Source: Paraspadella gotoi (taxonomy: Eukaryota; Animalia; Chaetognatha). Taken from it: a stretch of DNA of 64,000 nt. Made by a program: the position numbers and the translations under genes. The notes under the pieces are model-generated. The model made no database searches. It worked only from the letters and a program-made list of their open reading frames with translations, and was not told where the DNA came from. Location of the stretch: positions 10,252,808 through 10,316,807 of the forward strand of contig CM119270.1 in NCBI GenBank assembly GCA_051294375.1. Direction: 5' to 3'. This document shows positions 23,328-35,536 of the stretch, piece by piece (position 1 is the stretch's first letter; each line of letters opens with the position of its first letter).

Positions 23328-24253
23328 CAGATCTGCTCAAAAAAAAGTTTAAACTTTGAACTCCCTACTATCTCGCTTGTCTGTCGTCCTATTAATTAAA
23401 AATAAATTTTTATTAAAAATAAAATATCTTTCATCCGAGCCCATGACGAGGTTTTTAGGCTAAATATTATAGAAGCTGTGCTAAAATAAAAAAAAGGATC
23501 AAAAATTTGTCTTATAATTCCCTTTTTTTTTTGTAGAAAAATTTTTTTTATCCATCTTTGTTTTTTGTTTTTTTGTGTTTTTTTACCATGGAAACTTCAA
23601 AACAGCTGATCCTCAAAAGGAAAGCTGCAATAGTTGAGATTTGGAAGGGGGGTTTGTCAAGATATAGGATCGCCAGACAGTTTTATTTCCTTCTAACAAC
23701 CATCTGCAGAGTTGTCAACTAATTTGAAGCAACTGGACACCTTGGACGAGCTGTTGGAAGCAGGCGGCCTTGCATATCCACGGAGAGTGAGAACGATGAC
23801 GTGGATAGTCTCGCAATTCAAGATTGTAAGGTTTCTGTAAGCCAGTTAGAAAAAAATGGAGAGAAGAGGAAGTGTTGCCAGTCTTTCAACAGTGAATGGG
23901 CGGCTTTTCATGGAGGATAGAGCTCTTGGATACAAAGCTAAAACCACTCAAAAATGTCATGAGGAAAATGGGATCGAGGTGCTCAAAGTTGGCCCGGAAA
24001 CTCACCTGACTGCAATTTCATCAAAAATGTTTGGTCAAGGATGAAAAGGGATATTTTACAGTATAACGCCATGACAGTCAACAAATTCTAAAAAAATTTA
24101 AAATGAATTTGGGGAGCTGAACCCTTCATATTTGTGCAGCCCCTACAACTCTCTCCTTCATTGCAGGGAGGTGGTGCTGGAAGCAAATAGTGGTCTGACA
24201 ACGTATTAACTAACTTTATCATAACTATTAAACTTTTTTTTGATGGTTCGCTG
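23328..24253 (+). mobile_element. Internally deleted Tc1/mariner-superfamily DNA transposon relic
   Basis: The left end is TA|cagatctgctcaaaaaaaagtttaaac. The right end is ttaaacttttttttgatggttcgctg, ending about 45 bp after the transposase stop codon. These form imperfect TIRs, and the right-hand TA is not preserved. Confidence 0.7.
23588..24209 (+). pseudogene. Tc1-type transposase pseudogene with central deletion
   Basis: Manual translation across frameshifts gives an N-terminal HTH-like part (TICRVVN*FEATGHLGRAVGSRRPCIST...VIVSQFKIVRFL, a GRPR-like motif). It is joined to FMEDRALGYKAKTTQKCHEENGIEVLK/WPGNSPDCNFIKNVWSRMKRDI (compare QDNA...WPxxSPDLNPIENxW) and a C-terminus ELNPSYLCSPYNSLLHCREVVLEANSGLTTY*. 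The first catalytic Asp region is missing and the catalytic Glu position reads Lys. Confidence 0.85.
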
Positions 24254-25337
24254 TCGTCCTTGTCGTCCTTGTCGTCGTCGTCGTCGTCGTCGTGGGTTGT
24301 CGTCTTCCTCGTCCTTGAGGCCAAAAGCGACAAAGAAAAGCAAAACACGAGAAAGTCTGATTTTGAGGGCGTCTAAGAAAACATCAACACGGATATTTCA
24401 TCTGGAGAGAGGNNNNNNNNNNNNNNNNNNNNNNNNNNNNNNNNNNNNNNNNNNNNNNNNNNNNNNNNNNNNNNNNNNNNNNNNNNNNNNNNNNNNNNNN
24501 NNNNNNNNNNNNNNNNNNNNNNNNNNNNNNNNNNNNNNNNNNNNNNNNNNNNNNNNNNNNNNNNNNNNNNNNNNNNNNNNNNNNNNNNNNNNNNNNNNNN
24601 NNNNNNNNNNNNNNNNNNNNNNNNNNNNNNNNNNNNNNNNNNNNNNNNNNNNNNNNNNNNNNNNNNNNNNNNNNNNNNNNNNNNNNNNNNNNNNNNNNNN
24701 NNNNNNNNNNNNNNNNNNNNNNNNNNNNNNNNNNNNNNNNNNNNNNNNNNNNNNNNNNNNNNNNNNNNNNNNNNNNNNNNNNNNNNNNNNNNNNNNNNNN
24801 NNNNNNNNNNNNNNNNNNNNNNNNNNNNNNNNNNNNNNNNNTTTTTTCCTATTTTTGTCTCGGTTTTCCATCGCCGCCGCTAAACTTCGGTGGCTCCATC
24901 GTCGGCGTCATTAAACTTCATCGCCACTTCCGGTGGATGATGCCGCCGCCGCCGACACCGCCGTCTTCTCTCCCGCCCCCCCTAAAGCCGTAAACCAGTC
25001 AACAGCGGCGCGAAGAGCTGACAATCTTCGGGCTGACGATGGCAGCGTCTCAGACTTGACGAGAAGAGGGGAGAGGGTCGGGATTCGGGGTTTGGACGAG
25101 GGACTCTGGGCGAGGGGGGGTCTCCGGGGTCGCTCGATTGACGTGGCGCACTTAGGATAAAATTCTTTGAGGTGGACGAGAGTAATTAAGAGTTAGAAAG
25201 AATGAAAACGAGGAAAAGAAAAAAAGAAAAAGAAAAAGAGGAATTTTATTACAAAGCGGAATGAACAATGGAGTTCATTTCTTTGTCATAAATAGACAGA
25301 ACTAAGTTTAGGGGAGACTTTTTAGCTTGGTTATGAC

Positions 25338-25375
<38 letters not shown>

Positions 25376-26184
25376 TACTCCTGCTCTCTCATGCTCTCTG
25401 AAATCGCGTTATCGGTCGTTGCCCATAATCGGCGTTCGGGCGGAAGAAACCGTCTCGCAAGACGGTCGTCTTTATCGTCCGTCCGTCGTCACGTCGTTGT
25501 CCTCGTCGTCGATATTCTCGACATCTTCATCGACCATAATGCTTTTTTTAAATTTTTTTATCGAAATCGTTATTTGACTCGAATGTTGTCTTGCTATTAG
25601 TTCAGCTTTGTATTAAATGAAATTTTCAACATGTTTTTCATTCCTCTTTTTTTTTCGACCGCGTCCTTTCTTCGATCTTCAAAGATGGTAAGTTTTAAAA
25701 ATAATCTTCTTTGGGTGAGTTAGTTCTTTGTTATGGAATCCAAAAAAAAAAAAACAAAAAAAACATTCGATCAGGTATTATTTTTTTGCTCTGATCCCAA
25801 AAACCTTCCCTACATTTTTCTTGAAATCGAAAAATTCCCTTCCCGACCCCTTACTCTCTCCCTCCTTCCCGACCCCTTACTCTCTCCCTCCTTCCAAAAG
25901 CCAAATCCCCGACCCTCGATTATGAACATCATTGAATCTCTCTCGACGAGTTCCAACGAGAAACAATCTTCTTTCGCGGATTTTTGGGGATCAATCGATT
26001 GCGAGGATAGAGAGCGAGACGCGGAGCTAGAAAGAGAGAGAGAGGGAGAAAGAGAGTGTCGTGATCCTTTTTGATTGGAAGGCTGAGAGTTTTTCGAATC
26101 TCTGAGCTTCTTTCTCCAAATCCTCCTTCATGATGTTGCATCCCCATTCGGTTTGGAGCCTCGAGGGGGCCCCGTCTCACTCAC

Positions 26185-27930
26185 TGATACATAGAGCTGT
26201 TGATAATTATGAAAATCTGTTGACTTTGTAAATACCAAGATTTTTCAACAACGCTATTGCTTGGAAAGCACGATTGCTCTTAATTTGAGTCTGTTGGGAA
26301 AGAGTGGAGCTGTTAAAGAGTTTTGGTGGAAGAGTGGCATAGGTGTCATCAATGCGAATAACCAAAAGTTCACTCGGTAGAAAGAAGGCACGAATCCTTG
26401 GGAATCAATTCCTCTTTGCACCAGAGCAAGCTTCTTGATATGGTTACAGGACGAGGCACCTTATTGAACACTTGAGACCTGTAGGGCATGATAGTCTTCT
26501 GTCGTGACGACGACGTTAAATTTAGCTATTCAATACTTCTGTATAAAGGGGTTTGGGTTTGTTCAAGGCGTCTTCAAATGTGATAGTTAATTGACAGTTT
26601 TTATGTGAGAATGATTCAGGCACAGTCATGAGATCAGATTCTGGCATCTTGAATGGAACACGAGAGGAGAGCATGACAGTATAAACACTGTAATCACTAT
26701 CGATCAGTTAAGTTAATCAATTGCACATTGAGTTGTGACTTTCATTGAACATTATGTTGATACCCTTTTCAAGGGAGTGTCTCTTTATTCTCTTAAGTGA
26801 ATGTAGAGTGACTTTCACATTCCAGGATGGTTTTCCTTGACGAACGTACCTGTTATTCAACCCGTTCTTTAACCATTTGAGCATTTGGCGTGAAATTCCT
26901 TTACTTGAGATAGCGCGATTTTATTTCGTCGTCATTGTAATTCAGGATCAACGCCCTCTTCGGATTTTAACCCGAGAAAGTGCTGATTGAATATGCGCCA
27001 GTGAGGTTAGTGTTGCTCACAGGAGATAAAAATGTTACTGAAAGTGTCTCAACTGGGGACAACCTTGGAGTTGGAGTGAACTGAGGGGTTATTAGTTGGA
27101 AGGCATGGGTGTCCATTGAATTCGCACGTGGATTTCTGGTTTTAGCAAAGGAATCTCGTAGCTCTCCTATCAAGGTTTCTGCGCTGTTATGATTAGGGCC
27201 ACTGAATTGCACACTGTACTTTATTGTCCGCTCCTAATATCTTACTTAACCCTTCTTCAATCTCTTCAGAGCCTTGGAAAGGCGTCCGGAAGTCCTCACG
27301 GCTGAGATGATTAGTTTTTTGGCACGTGATTATTTTTCTAATTTCAGCTTGGAGAATTATAGAGAGAGGTTAAAACAGTCTTCGTGACATATATTTGGCC
27401 CTTGAGTTACCATTTGCGGGTTTGAGATTCGTTGGAGGCGCAGTTGTGAATCGTTGGCAATTTGACGAATTAATTAACACGAACATTTTACGAGCCTTGT
27501 CCTGGGTGTTTGGTCTTGCATACTCAAGCTTGTCAATTACCAATATCGTAATTTGAATGTAATAGAGGCAGTATCCTTGTTTACAACCACGCTTCTTTAC
27601 CGTAATTAACTCTTGTAAGCGCCAGGTTAATCACATCTTATCAAGTTTTATCTCGGGCGTCGGAAGTATGATAAAGGCATTTCAGGGTTCTTTTTGACTT
27701 CTTCACTTATATTTCGTCACATTCAGTTGTTTTATTGTTTGCCGAGTTAGTGTTGAGGTATGGAATTTTCCGGCGAGTTCTCCGGTGTCGAGGGCTTTGT
27801 GAATTCTATTGCGATCTATTGTATGAGGACGAATTTGCGATCACTTGCCTTTCTCTGAAAACAGTTTAAAGTCGATTGATGTAGTTTCGCAGGGTGATGT
27901 GAATTCTAAGGGTAGGACTAGATTGTTTTA
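26185..27930 (-). pseudogene. Frameshifted, apparently intronless coding-like segment; possibly ORF1 of a non-LTR retrotransposon
   Basis: No microsatellites and an A/C-rich minus strand. Stop-free blocks chain by single-base shifts (e.g. RIHKALDTGELAGKF, VIDKLEYARPNTQDKARKMF, ETLIGELRDSFAK, MLKWLKNGLNNRYVRQGKPSWNVKVTLHSL, YSVYTVMLSSRVPFKMPESDLMT, RAFQAIALLKNLGIYKV). No RT or endonuclease motif was seen, so the family assignment is an inference. Confidence 0.35.
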
Positions 27931-30900
27931 ATATACGCAGTGTAACGTTGGGGTAATTACATTTTGATATTAGGTGGAATAATTACTAGACTCTAACGTA
28001 TGTATGACGGAGCAAGTTCGAAAGGTCGAAAGCAGCCATACCTCTTGAGGGACCCGTACGTAAGGACACCCCTATTTGTTCTAACGAAAACTTGGCACAG
28101 CCAAGAACTTATTTTTAACAAGGAATTTTTGGGGATGTAAATATGAGAGTTGTCTTGTTACCTTCTTATTTTCGAGGAAGGAAAGTTGAGAAAAATCCCT
28201 AATCAGAAGTTAGAAAAAGAGAAATCGTGGGACCACTGCATGCGATCATTTAATGGAGTCGCGGAAGGGGTAATGGTTGCCAGTCCATCACGGCCTACCC
28301 GCACTCTATCTGTTTTTTCTTTCTTCTTTTGTTTTTGTCATCAGCTGAATATGGGTGCGGCTTCGGTTGGCATCTGTTTTTTCAACTATTAGAGTATATC
28401 AAGAAGAGTAGGGGATGAAGGCAGATCGAGATGGGTACAGTAAGTAGAGCGCAGAAGCTCCCATTATCCAACTGCATACATTACAGGAGTAGTTAGTGAG
28501 ATTTAATTTTACCGTTTGGTAATCTGAAGGGAAAAGACTCATATATCCGGTTCACGATAGGGGCATGCGAGAGAGAGAGAGAAGAGGAGCAGAGAGCCGA
28601 GAGAGTAGCAGATGTAGACGCACGTCGACTAAATAACTAATGCCATTTGCGTCTTTAATGAGGTAGATATTATGGGTAATGGTTAAGAAGAAAATCTTAA
28701 GTATGTGAAGTATCCCAAGCGAGTCAATAAACTTTACACACTATTCGCGAGCATTTCTTTCAACATGTTCGTCAGTATAGAACTCATGTATGAAACTGCT
28801 AGACTTTAAGTTATTTTACATCACTACATAAAAATCGTCAATAAATAAGCACACTGAGAGTAATTTATGAAGTTATTCAAAAATGGTTAGAAATATGATT
28901 TGTTATTAGTATGCATGTATCATATCAAACGCCATCCAGGGCTTACCAGCAAACGGGTCACACATGCCTCCACCGCAGAATAATATATATCTACAGAATA
29001 ACCAGCAGGAAGTCGGTTTAAGGTGATATTTTTCAATAGCATGAAAATTTAACCCACGTACTTCCCCTTGGCGGAGTCAGAGTACGCTGAAAGACCTACA
29101 TTCGTCAATTTTGTTCTCATCAGCGAACGACCTCCCGATACCGCCCCTGTTCGCAGTGGAGAATGTTCATGGGTGGAGAACTCAGGCCGACAATGCTTAC
29201 CACCTCCCGGCGCTACTACCAAACAGGACCTCGTCTCCCTCAGTGCAGCAGGGGAGAGGTGGTAATAGAGCTTCGGAAGCAAGAGTTGGTCTTTCGACAA
29301 ACAGGCTAATTAGGGACTTAGAATAAGCTGAGCACTCAAAAAGATACCTTCTAGCTTGAGACTCATTTGCAGAGCATTCCTATTGACAGAAGATGGAAGG
29401 ATTGGCATAATTTGCTCCTTGGGTTCGATGTCCAGGAATACGACGGCCGATAAGTTCCTCCATAAAAAGAACTCTCATTTTTTCTGGAGCTTAAGCAAAC
29501 TCCACTGTACCTCTTGCTCGCTTATATCTTGCAGACTAAGGCTTTCCTCACAGTGTAGACTGGGAGGTTCAGGTACCTGTTCGCACCTCTGTCGTGGCCG
29601 CTATCGAGTCGACTTGTCTGTTCCGCTGTCGTCGTCTTGTGGTCGTCGTGGGGTAATGTCAAGTCACTGGTTCTGATTTGTTCGGGAGGTTTCCTCAGTC
29701 TGCTAGGATTAAGTAAAGGACATGCCCGAGAGGAATATTCCATTCGAACCGCAGAAAGGAAGAGAGGAAGGACCGATTTAGAAAGCACAAGGCCTGGAGG
29801 AGAAAATGAAAAAACGAAACAGACGAGAAAACGACAAACGAAATATTCGATCGATACTCACTGTGCAAAAGCAAAAGGGCAACAAACCAGAGCGACTGCA
29901 CACCATATTTATCAAGACGTACTCTAACACGCCTTGTTAAAAGGACAATCGAGAGCGTTTTCTATTGTCGTCCGTATTTGTCTTCGCTGTTTGTGTCGTT
30001 TATTCTAGCGACACGACATATAGCTTCTATATTTTATTTACTTGTGACGCCAGTATTAGACTAAAAAAAATACAAAGCCTTACTGATTTCAATCCGTTGC
30101 GAGATCCGCTTCGAGAAGCGTTTGTGAGAGCATGGTGTGTCAATATCCGCGCACAAGTATCTTAATCAGTCCCTTGGAAGCTTGTCCAAAAAAGACACAT
30201 TTTACAGTTAAAAGAAAAGAACCTCTCGAATCATGACTGAACGACGGACGAACGAATGATACTGAATCGATAAGCTCCAACTCCACAAGTTAATTAATGC
30301 TTTTTATTTAATTTAATCAGCCGAAAAAAATGAACGACAGGAGGTCGTTAAAGAAAGACGTTCAAAACGTTACTTAAAGGCCGCCTAAACGAGGTAGATA
30401 AGCGTCATTATAGTCCGTGTTTCCTCATTTTTTTTCGCTTTCATTCAGGTGATCAAAAACTAAGAAAAACTAGAAAGAAAAAAACTCTCACTCGTTTGGT
30501 AGTTTTGGGCCTTGTCACTACTCCACCGGCAATTTTTATATCGAATATTCCTATCTCTATTCAACAGTCGTGTCAGTCATCAGTCACCCCAGTCTCGCCC
30601 CGTTTCATTCCATTAACCCGAACGACTTAATCACTGAATCAAGAATTTTCGTGTTTTATGCTTTCAATCCATTATTTTCAGTATCTTGCCCTTCTTTTTT
30701 CTTATTCCCCGTTTAATAGCACCGCTTTTGCCGAAATGATACATACGAATTCGCTTTAAACATGTTATTTTATTCATAACATCAATTTTATCCTTATTTC
30801 CCCCTGTAGCGTCCATAAATGTCCCACCCTCTTTTCGGACGGGAAAGAGTACGGTTGTTTTTTTCTTTGATTGTCGAGAGGCAATATCCGCGAGATCAGG

Positions 30901-30949
30901 CCCTCGAGACGAAATCTGCAAGGCGGTACGGTTGGGGAGGAGGAGGAGG

Positions 30950-31162
30950 CTATAGATGAGAGAGAGTAGAGACGAAGGAGTTTGCGTTGTTAATTCCAAT
31001 ATGATCTTCCTATACATTATTCATCAGTTTTACTCTCCTATTTTTCATATGTTTTCTCTCTCTCCTATCTTTCCTTTCGTTGTCGCCTGGAGAGCAGTAT
31101 CGAGTGACGAGCAGATCGATCTACGAGAAGAGAGATGCACGAGAGATAGAGTGCTGGTGTTG

Positions 31163-31203
<41 letters not shown>

Positions 31204-32225
31204 CTATCTCTTCTGCCTTCTCTAGCTCTTCTCTCATCATCTTCTATCATCTCTTCTCTCCCCTTAGCAAACGTTCTCGGTCAGCAACTACATGAGTGCT
31301 GATATGTGCGTCGCCATTACGTGTTCGAAACACAATCGGCCCTATACAGTTTGTGTCTTTCCGCTTCTCTTGCCATGATTAGCATGATCATGATGTCATA
31401 ATTTAGTATCTCCGTCTTCGAACTTCGTCTACTCATTCATTCTCTCCTCTCTCTCTCTCCTCTCTCTCTCTCTCTTCTCTCTCCAGTCTCTCTCTCTTCT
31501 CTCTCTCTTTTTTCTCGTTCCTACTTTGTCTTCGCCTTGCTTCAACCACCATATTCAATATTTATGATGTGAAAGCGAGTGAAATCTATCAGTTCTTAAT
31601 AAATAAACCTCTAATTGTCTCGTTTCATTTGTGAGACCTTTCGTTTTCCCGCCTAATTTTTATCTTGATATTTTTGTCTCGGATTTTCCATCGCCGCCGC
31701 TTAAAACTTCGGTGGCTCATCGTCGGCGTCAATTAAACCTTTCATCGCCACTTCCGGTGGATGATGCCGCCGCCGTCCGACATCCGGCCGTCTTGTCTCT
31801 CCGCCCCCTAAAGCCGTAAACCAGTCAATACAGACGCTGCGCAAGAGCTGACAATCTTCGGTGCTGACGAGGCAGCCGTCTCAGACTTGACGAGAAGGGG
31901 AGTGAGGGTCGGGTATTCGGGTTTTGGACGAGGGACTCTGGGCGAGCGGGGGGTCTGCCGGGGTTCAGCTCCGATTGCACGTGGGCGCACTTTAGGATAA
32001 ATTCTGTTGTGAGGTACTGCACGGAGTAGTAATTAAGGAGTTAGAAAAGCAATGGAAAACGAGGAAAAGAAAAAAAGATAAAGAGAAAAAGCAGAATTTA
32101 TTACAAAGCGGAATGACACATGGCCAGTTTCATTCTTTGTCATAATAGACCAGAACTAAGTTTTAGGGATGACTTTTTAAGCTTGGTTATGACGTCTCCT
32201 CTCTCGATACCGTCTCTCTCTTCTC

Positions 32226-32263
<38 letters not shown>

Positions 32264-34482
32264 CTTCTCTCTCTCTCTTCCTGCTCTCTCATGCTCTCTG
32301 AATCGCGTTCATGGTCGTCCATAATCGGTCGTTCGGGCGAAGAACCGTCTCGCAGACGTCCGGTCTTTATCGCCGTCCGTCGTCGCCGTCGTCGATATTC
32401 TCGGGACAATACTTCATCGACATAATGCTTTTTTTTAAATTTTTTTTATCGAAATCGTTATTTGACTCGAATGTTGTCTTGCCTATTAGTTCACTTTTGT
32501 ATTAAATCGAAATTTTCAACATGTTTTTTCATTCTCTCTTTTCTTTTCGACCGCGTCCCTTCTTCGATCTTCAAAGAGTGGTAAGTTTAAAAATAATCTT
32601 CTTTGGGTTGATGTTAGTTCTTTGTTATTGGAATCCAAAAAAAAAAAACAAAAAAAAAAAACCATTCGATCAAGGTATTATTTTTTGTTGCTCTGATCGC
32701 TCAAAAACCTTCCCTACAGTTTTCTTGAAATCTGAAAATTCCCTTCCCAGTATGCCCTTACTTCTCTCCCTCCTTCCCGCCCCTTACTCTCTCCCTCTCT
32801 TTCCGCAGACCCGCTTACTCTCTCCCTTCCTTTCCAAAAGCAAATCCCCGACCTCGGATTAATGAACATCATTGAATCATCTCTCGACGAGTTCCAACGA
32901 GAAACAATCTTCTTTCGCGGATTGTTTGGGGATCAATCGATTGCGAGGATAGAGAGCGAGACGCGGAGTTGAAAGAACGAGAGAGGGGAGCAGAAAGAGA
33001 GTGTCGTGATGCCTTCTTTGATTGGAAGGCTGAGATGTTTTTCGAATCTCTGAGCTTCATTTCTCCAAATCCTCCTTTCAATGATGTTGCCATCCATCCA
33101 GTTCGGTTTTGGAGCCTCGAGGGGGCCCGTTCACTCCGCGACTTCTCTCTGCTGTCCATCTTCTCTCTCGGTTGTGATCTCTCTCGTCTCGTCTCTCTCT
33201 CTCTCTCTCTCTCTCTGCTCTCTCTCTCTTCTCTTCTCTTGTTACACCNNNNNNNNNNNNNNNNNNNNNNNNNCTCCGTGATTTTTCTCGGTTTTTCCAC
33301 GAGACTCGATGGAACCACAGGTTTCGATTTTCGGGGAGAAATTTTTTATCCGATTATAAAGTTGTGAGGAGGAAGAGGAGGAAGAGGAGGAGGACGAATA
33401 AGAAGTCATAAATCTGGTTATCGCACGACTCATGATACAAATATGGTGTGTGGGATCAAACTTTCTTTTTTAGTCGGATCTGCTTTCAGCAGATCCCGAC
33501 TCTATAATTCACTTTGTCGGTCCTTCGGTCCGCCCCCTCAATCTTGTCGTGCATTCACTTATATCATGTCAGAACATCGAATTATGATAAATTATGCAAA
33601 AAAAAAAAAATGATGTCCGTCCGTCCATCTGTCTGTCTGTCTGTCTGTATGTCCGTCCATCTGTCCGTCCGTCCGTTCGTCTGTCCCACCTTAGCAAAAA
33701 ACACCAATTACTCGTGATTGGATGGATTGATTGGAATGAAATTTTGTGTGTGGGTAGAGAAGTGTGTGATTGAGCTGGATATGAAGTCTCGATGGAATCG
33801 TCCAAGTGGAAATGAGTTTAAATGGAAAAAACAAAAAAATATATTTCTCTATTTGAACACCAATTACTCATGAGTGGATGGGGCGCTTGACTTGAAATTT
33901 TGTATTTGGGTAGAAAAGTGTGTGATTAAACTGGAAATCATCTTTCGATGGAATCGTTTGAGTGGAAATGAGTTTGAATGGAAAAACGAAAAACCTGTTT
34001 CACTATTTGTTTAATGATTATACTTTTATTTATTTTTATATTAAATGTAAATGCAAGATGTATTAATTAATTAAATAATTAATTAGTTAATAAATTAGTC
34101 AATTAATTAATCAATAATTAATTAAACAGTCAATTAATCAATAAATTACTTATTCAATAAATCAATCAAGTTATTTATCTATTAATTAATTATTCAACCA
34201 ATCAATCAAGTCAATCGTTATCGGCATTATTCTCATCGTCGTCATTGCTTTTGTCAAGGTTAGTGACGAAAAGACCTAAAAAACAAACATTAATTAATTA
34301 ATTGCCTAATTAATTAATTAACTTGAATTAATTATTAATTAATTATATAATATAATGATCGTGGGCAGACCCGACATTGTTTGCTCAAACTTGTTTTATG
34401 ATTTTCTTGTAATTTGGGTTAACGCAAAGTTGGCATTCGTTGATTATTACAAAAAGAAGTTAAGCGTTACCGTCCAAGAAGT

Positions 34483-34550
<68 letters not shown>

Positions 34551-35280
34551 TCCTCTCGCTCTCCGTCTATTCTCCAGTTCCCCATAGAAATTGCTGCCAA
34601 TTCTTCTTCGTCATCGCCAACAGTTTCTCACAAGTTTTCAATTCTGTGGAGGGACTTTCTCTCCTGCTTCCAATTTTTTCCTTCTCTCTCTCTCTGTATG
34701 TCTTTCAGTGTTTATCTCTCTCCCACTCTCTCCCAATTTAATTTAATAATGAAAATTTTTCTTAAAGCTCAATTGTTACTTGCTTTCAAATCTGTTCGAT
34801 GCTCGATACTAGATATCAGATATTGTTTCCCTGTTTTATTTTATACAATTTTAACATTTCATCCTCTAGAATTGAATATTCAATCTCTCCCCACAACTTC
34901 TTTTTTCTTTCCATCTTGGATTCTTCTTACTCTTTTTTTCCTCTTTCCATTTTTAAATGAGTCTGATTCTTTAGTTTTTCTCGATATATCGGAAGCGCGT
35001 CTCAATCTTATTTTTTTCCCAACGTTTTATTATTTCTTTTTTTCTTTTTTTTCCGACTTATCTCCCTTCGTCTCATCTTTTTCTGTTTTTCGAATTTGCG
35101 TTTTGAATTTCGAAGATGGCGCTGCGGTTGTTTTCTTCTTTCCATCCACGTCCCCACCTCTCCGCTTTTCCTTACCCGACTCACCCTCTCATCCAAGTCG
35201 AACATAATTTCGTCAAAATCTAAAACCGTGAAAATCGCACGGAGTCTCAATTTCTGAAAAATTCGATTTCTTTTCCTCTC
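30950..35280 (-). repeat. Arm C of inverted duplication 2
   Basis: Reverse complement of 14705-19100. It is very noisy at 30950-31600, contains a 25-N gap (33249-33273) and ends in a (CT)-rich tract. Confidence 0.92.
33472..34393 (+). mobile_element. HINE/DINE-1/pearl-like non-autonomous Helentron element, short variant (cleanest copy)
   Basis: It begins ttttt|AGTCGGATCTGCTTTCAGCAGATCCCGAC (subTIR plus adjacent inverted repeat). Then come a GTCC/GTCT microsatellite (33614-33685), two core repeats 156 bp apart (tcgatgg at 33789 and 33945) and TAAT tracts. It ends with the 3' subTIR GCAGACCCGAC (34365-34375), a short hairpin gtttg-ct-caaac and cttg|tttt. This order matches the described DINE-1/HINE architecture. 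Confidence 0.85.
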
Positions 35281-35324
35281 TCCCTCTCTCGTTCTCTCTC
35301 TCTTTCCCTCTCTCTCTCCCTCTC

Positions 35325-35365
<41 letters not shown>

Positions 35366-35495
35366 CTGCCCCCACCCAAAATCCTACCCACGAAACTTTT
35401 CTCGTCTCCAACGAAAGTTTATTTCGCGGCCCCAAAAATTGAGACGATTTTCACTTTTCACAGATTATGGGCGGGGGAAATGAGAAGAGAGAGAG

Positions 35496-35536
<41 letters not shown>

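Larger units (their letters stand above)
22800..26184 (-). repeat. Arm B of inverted duplication 2
   Basis: Reverse complement of 17070-20673. Homology stops abruptly at cccgtctcactcac (26184). 24842-26184 is also a direct repeat of about 31660-33135. Confidence 0.93.

Noticed and set aside
27998-28051. Possible hammerhead ribozyme (gtatg...cgaaaggtcgaaagc...catac) near the island ORF
   Set aside because: GAAAGGTCGAAA and a 5-bp closing stem are suggestive, but the CUGANGA core, the 5' strand of stem II and the NUH triplet are not intact. Worth rechecking only after polishing.
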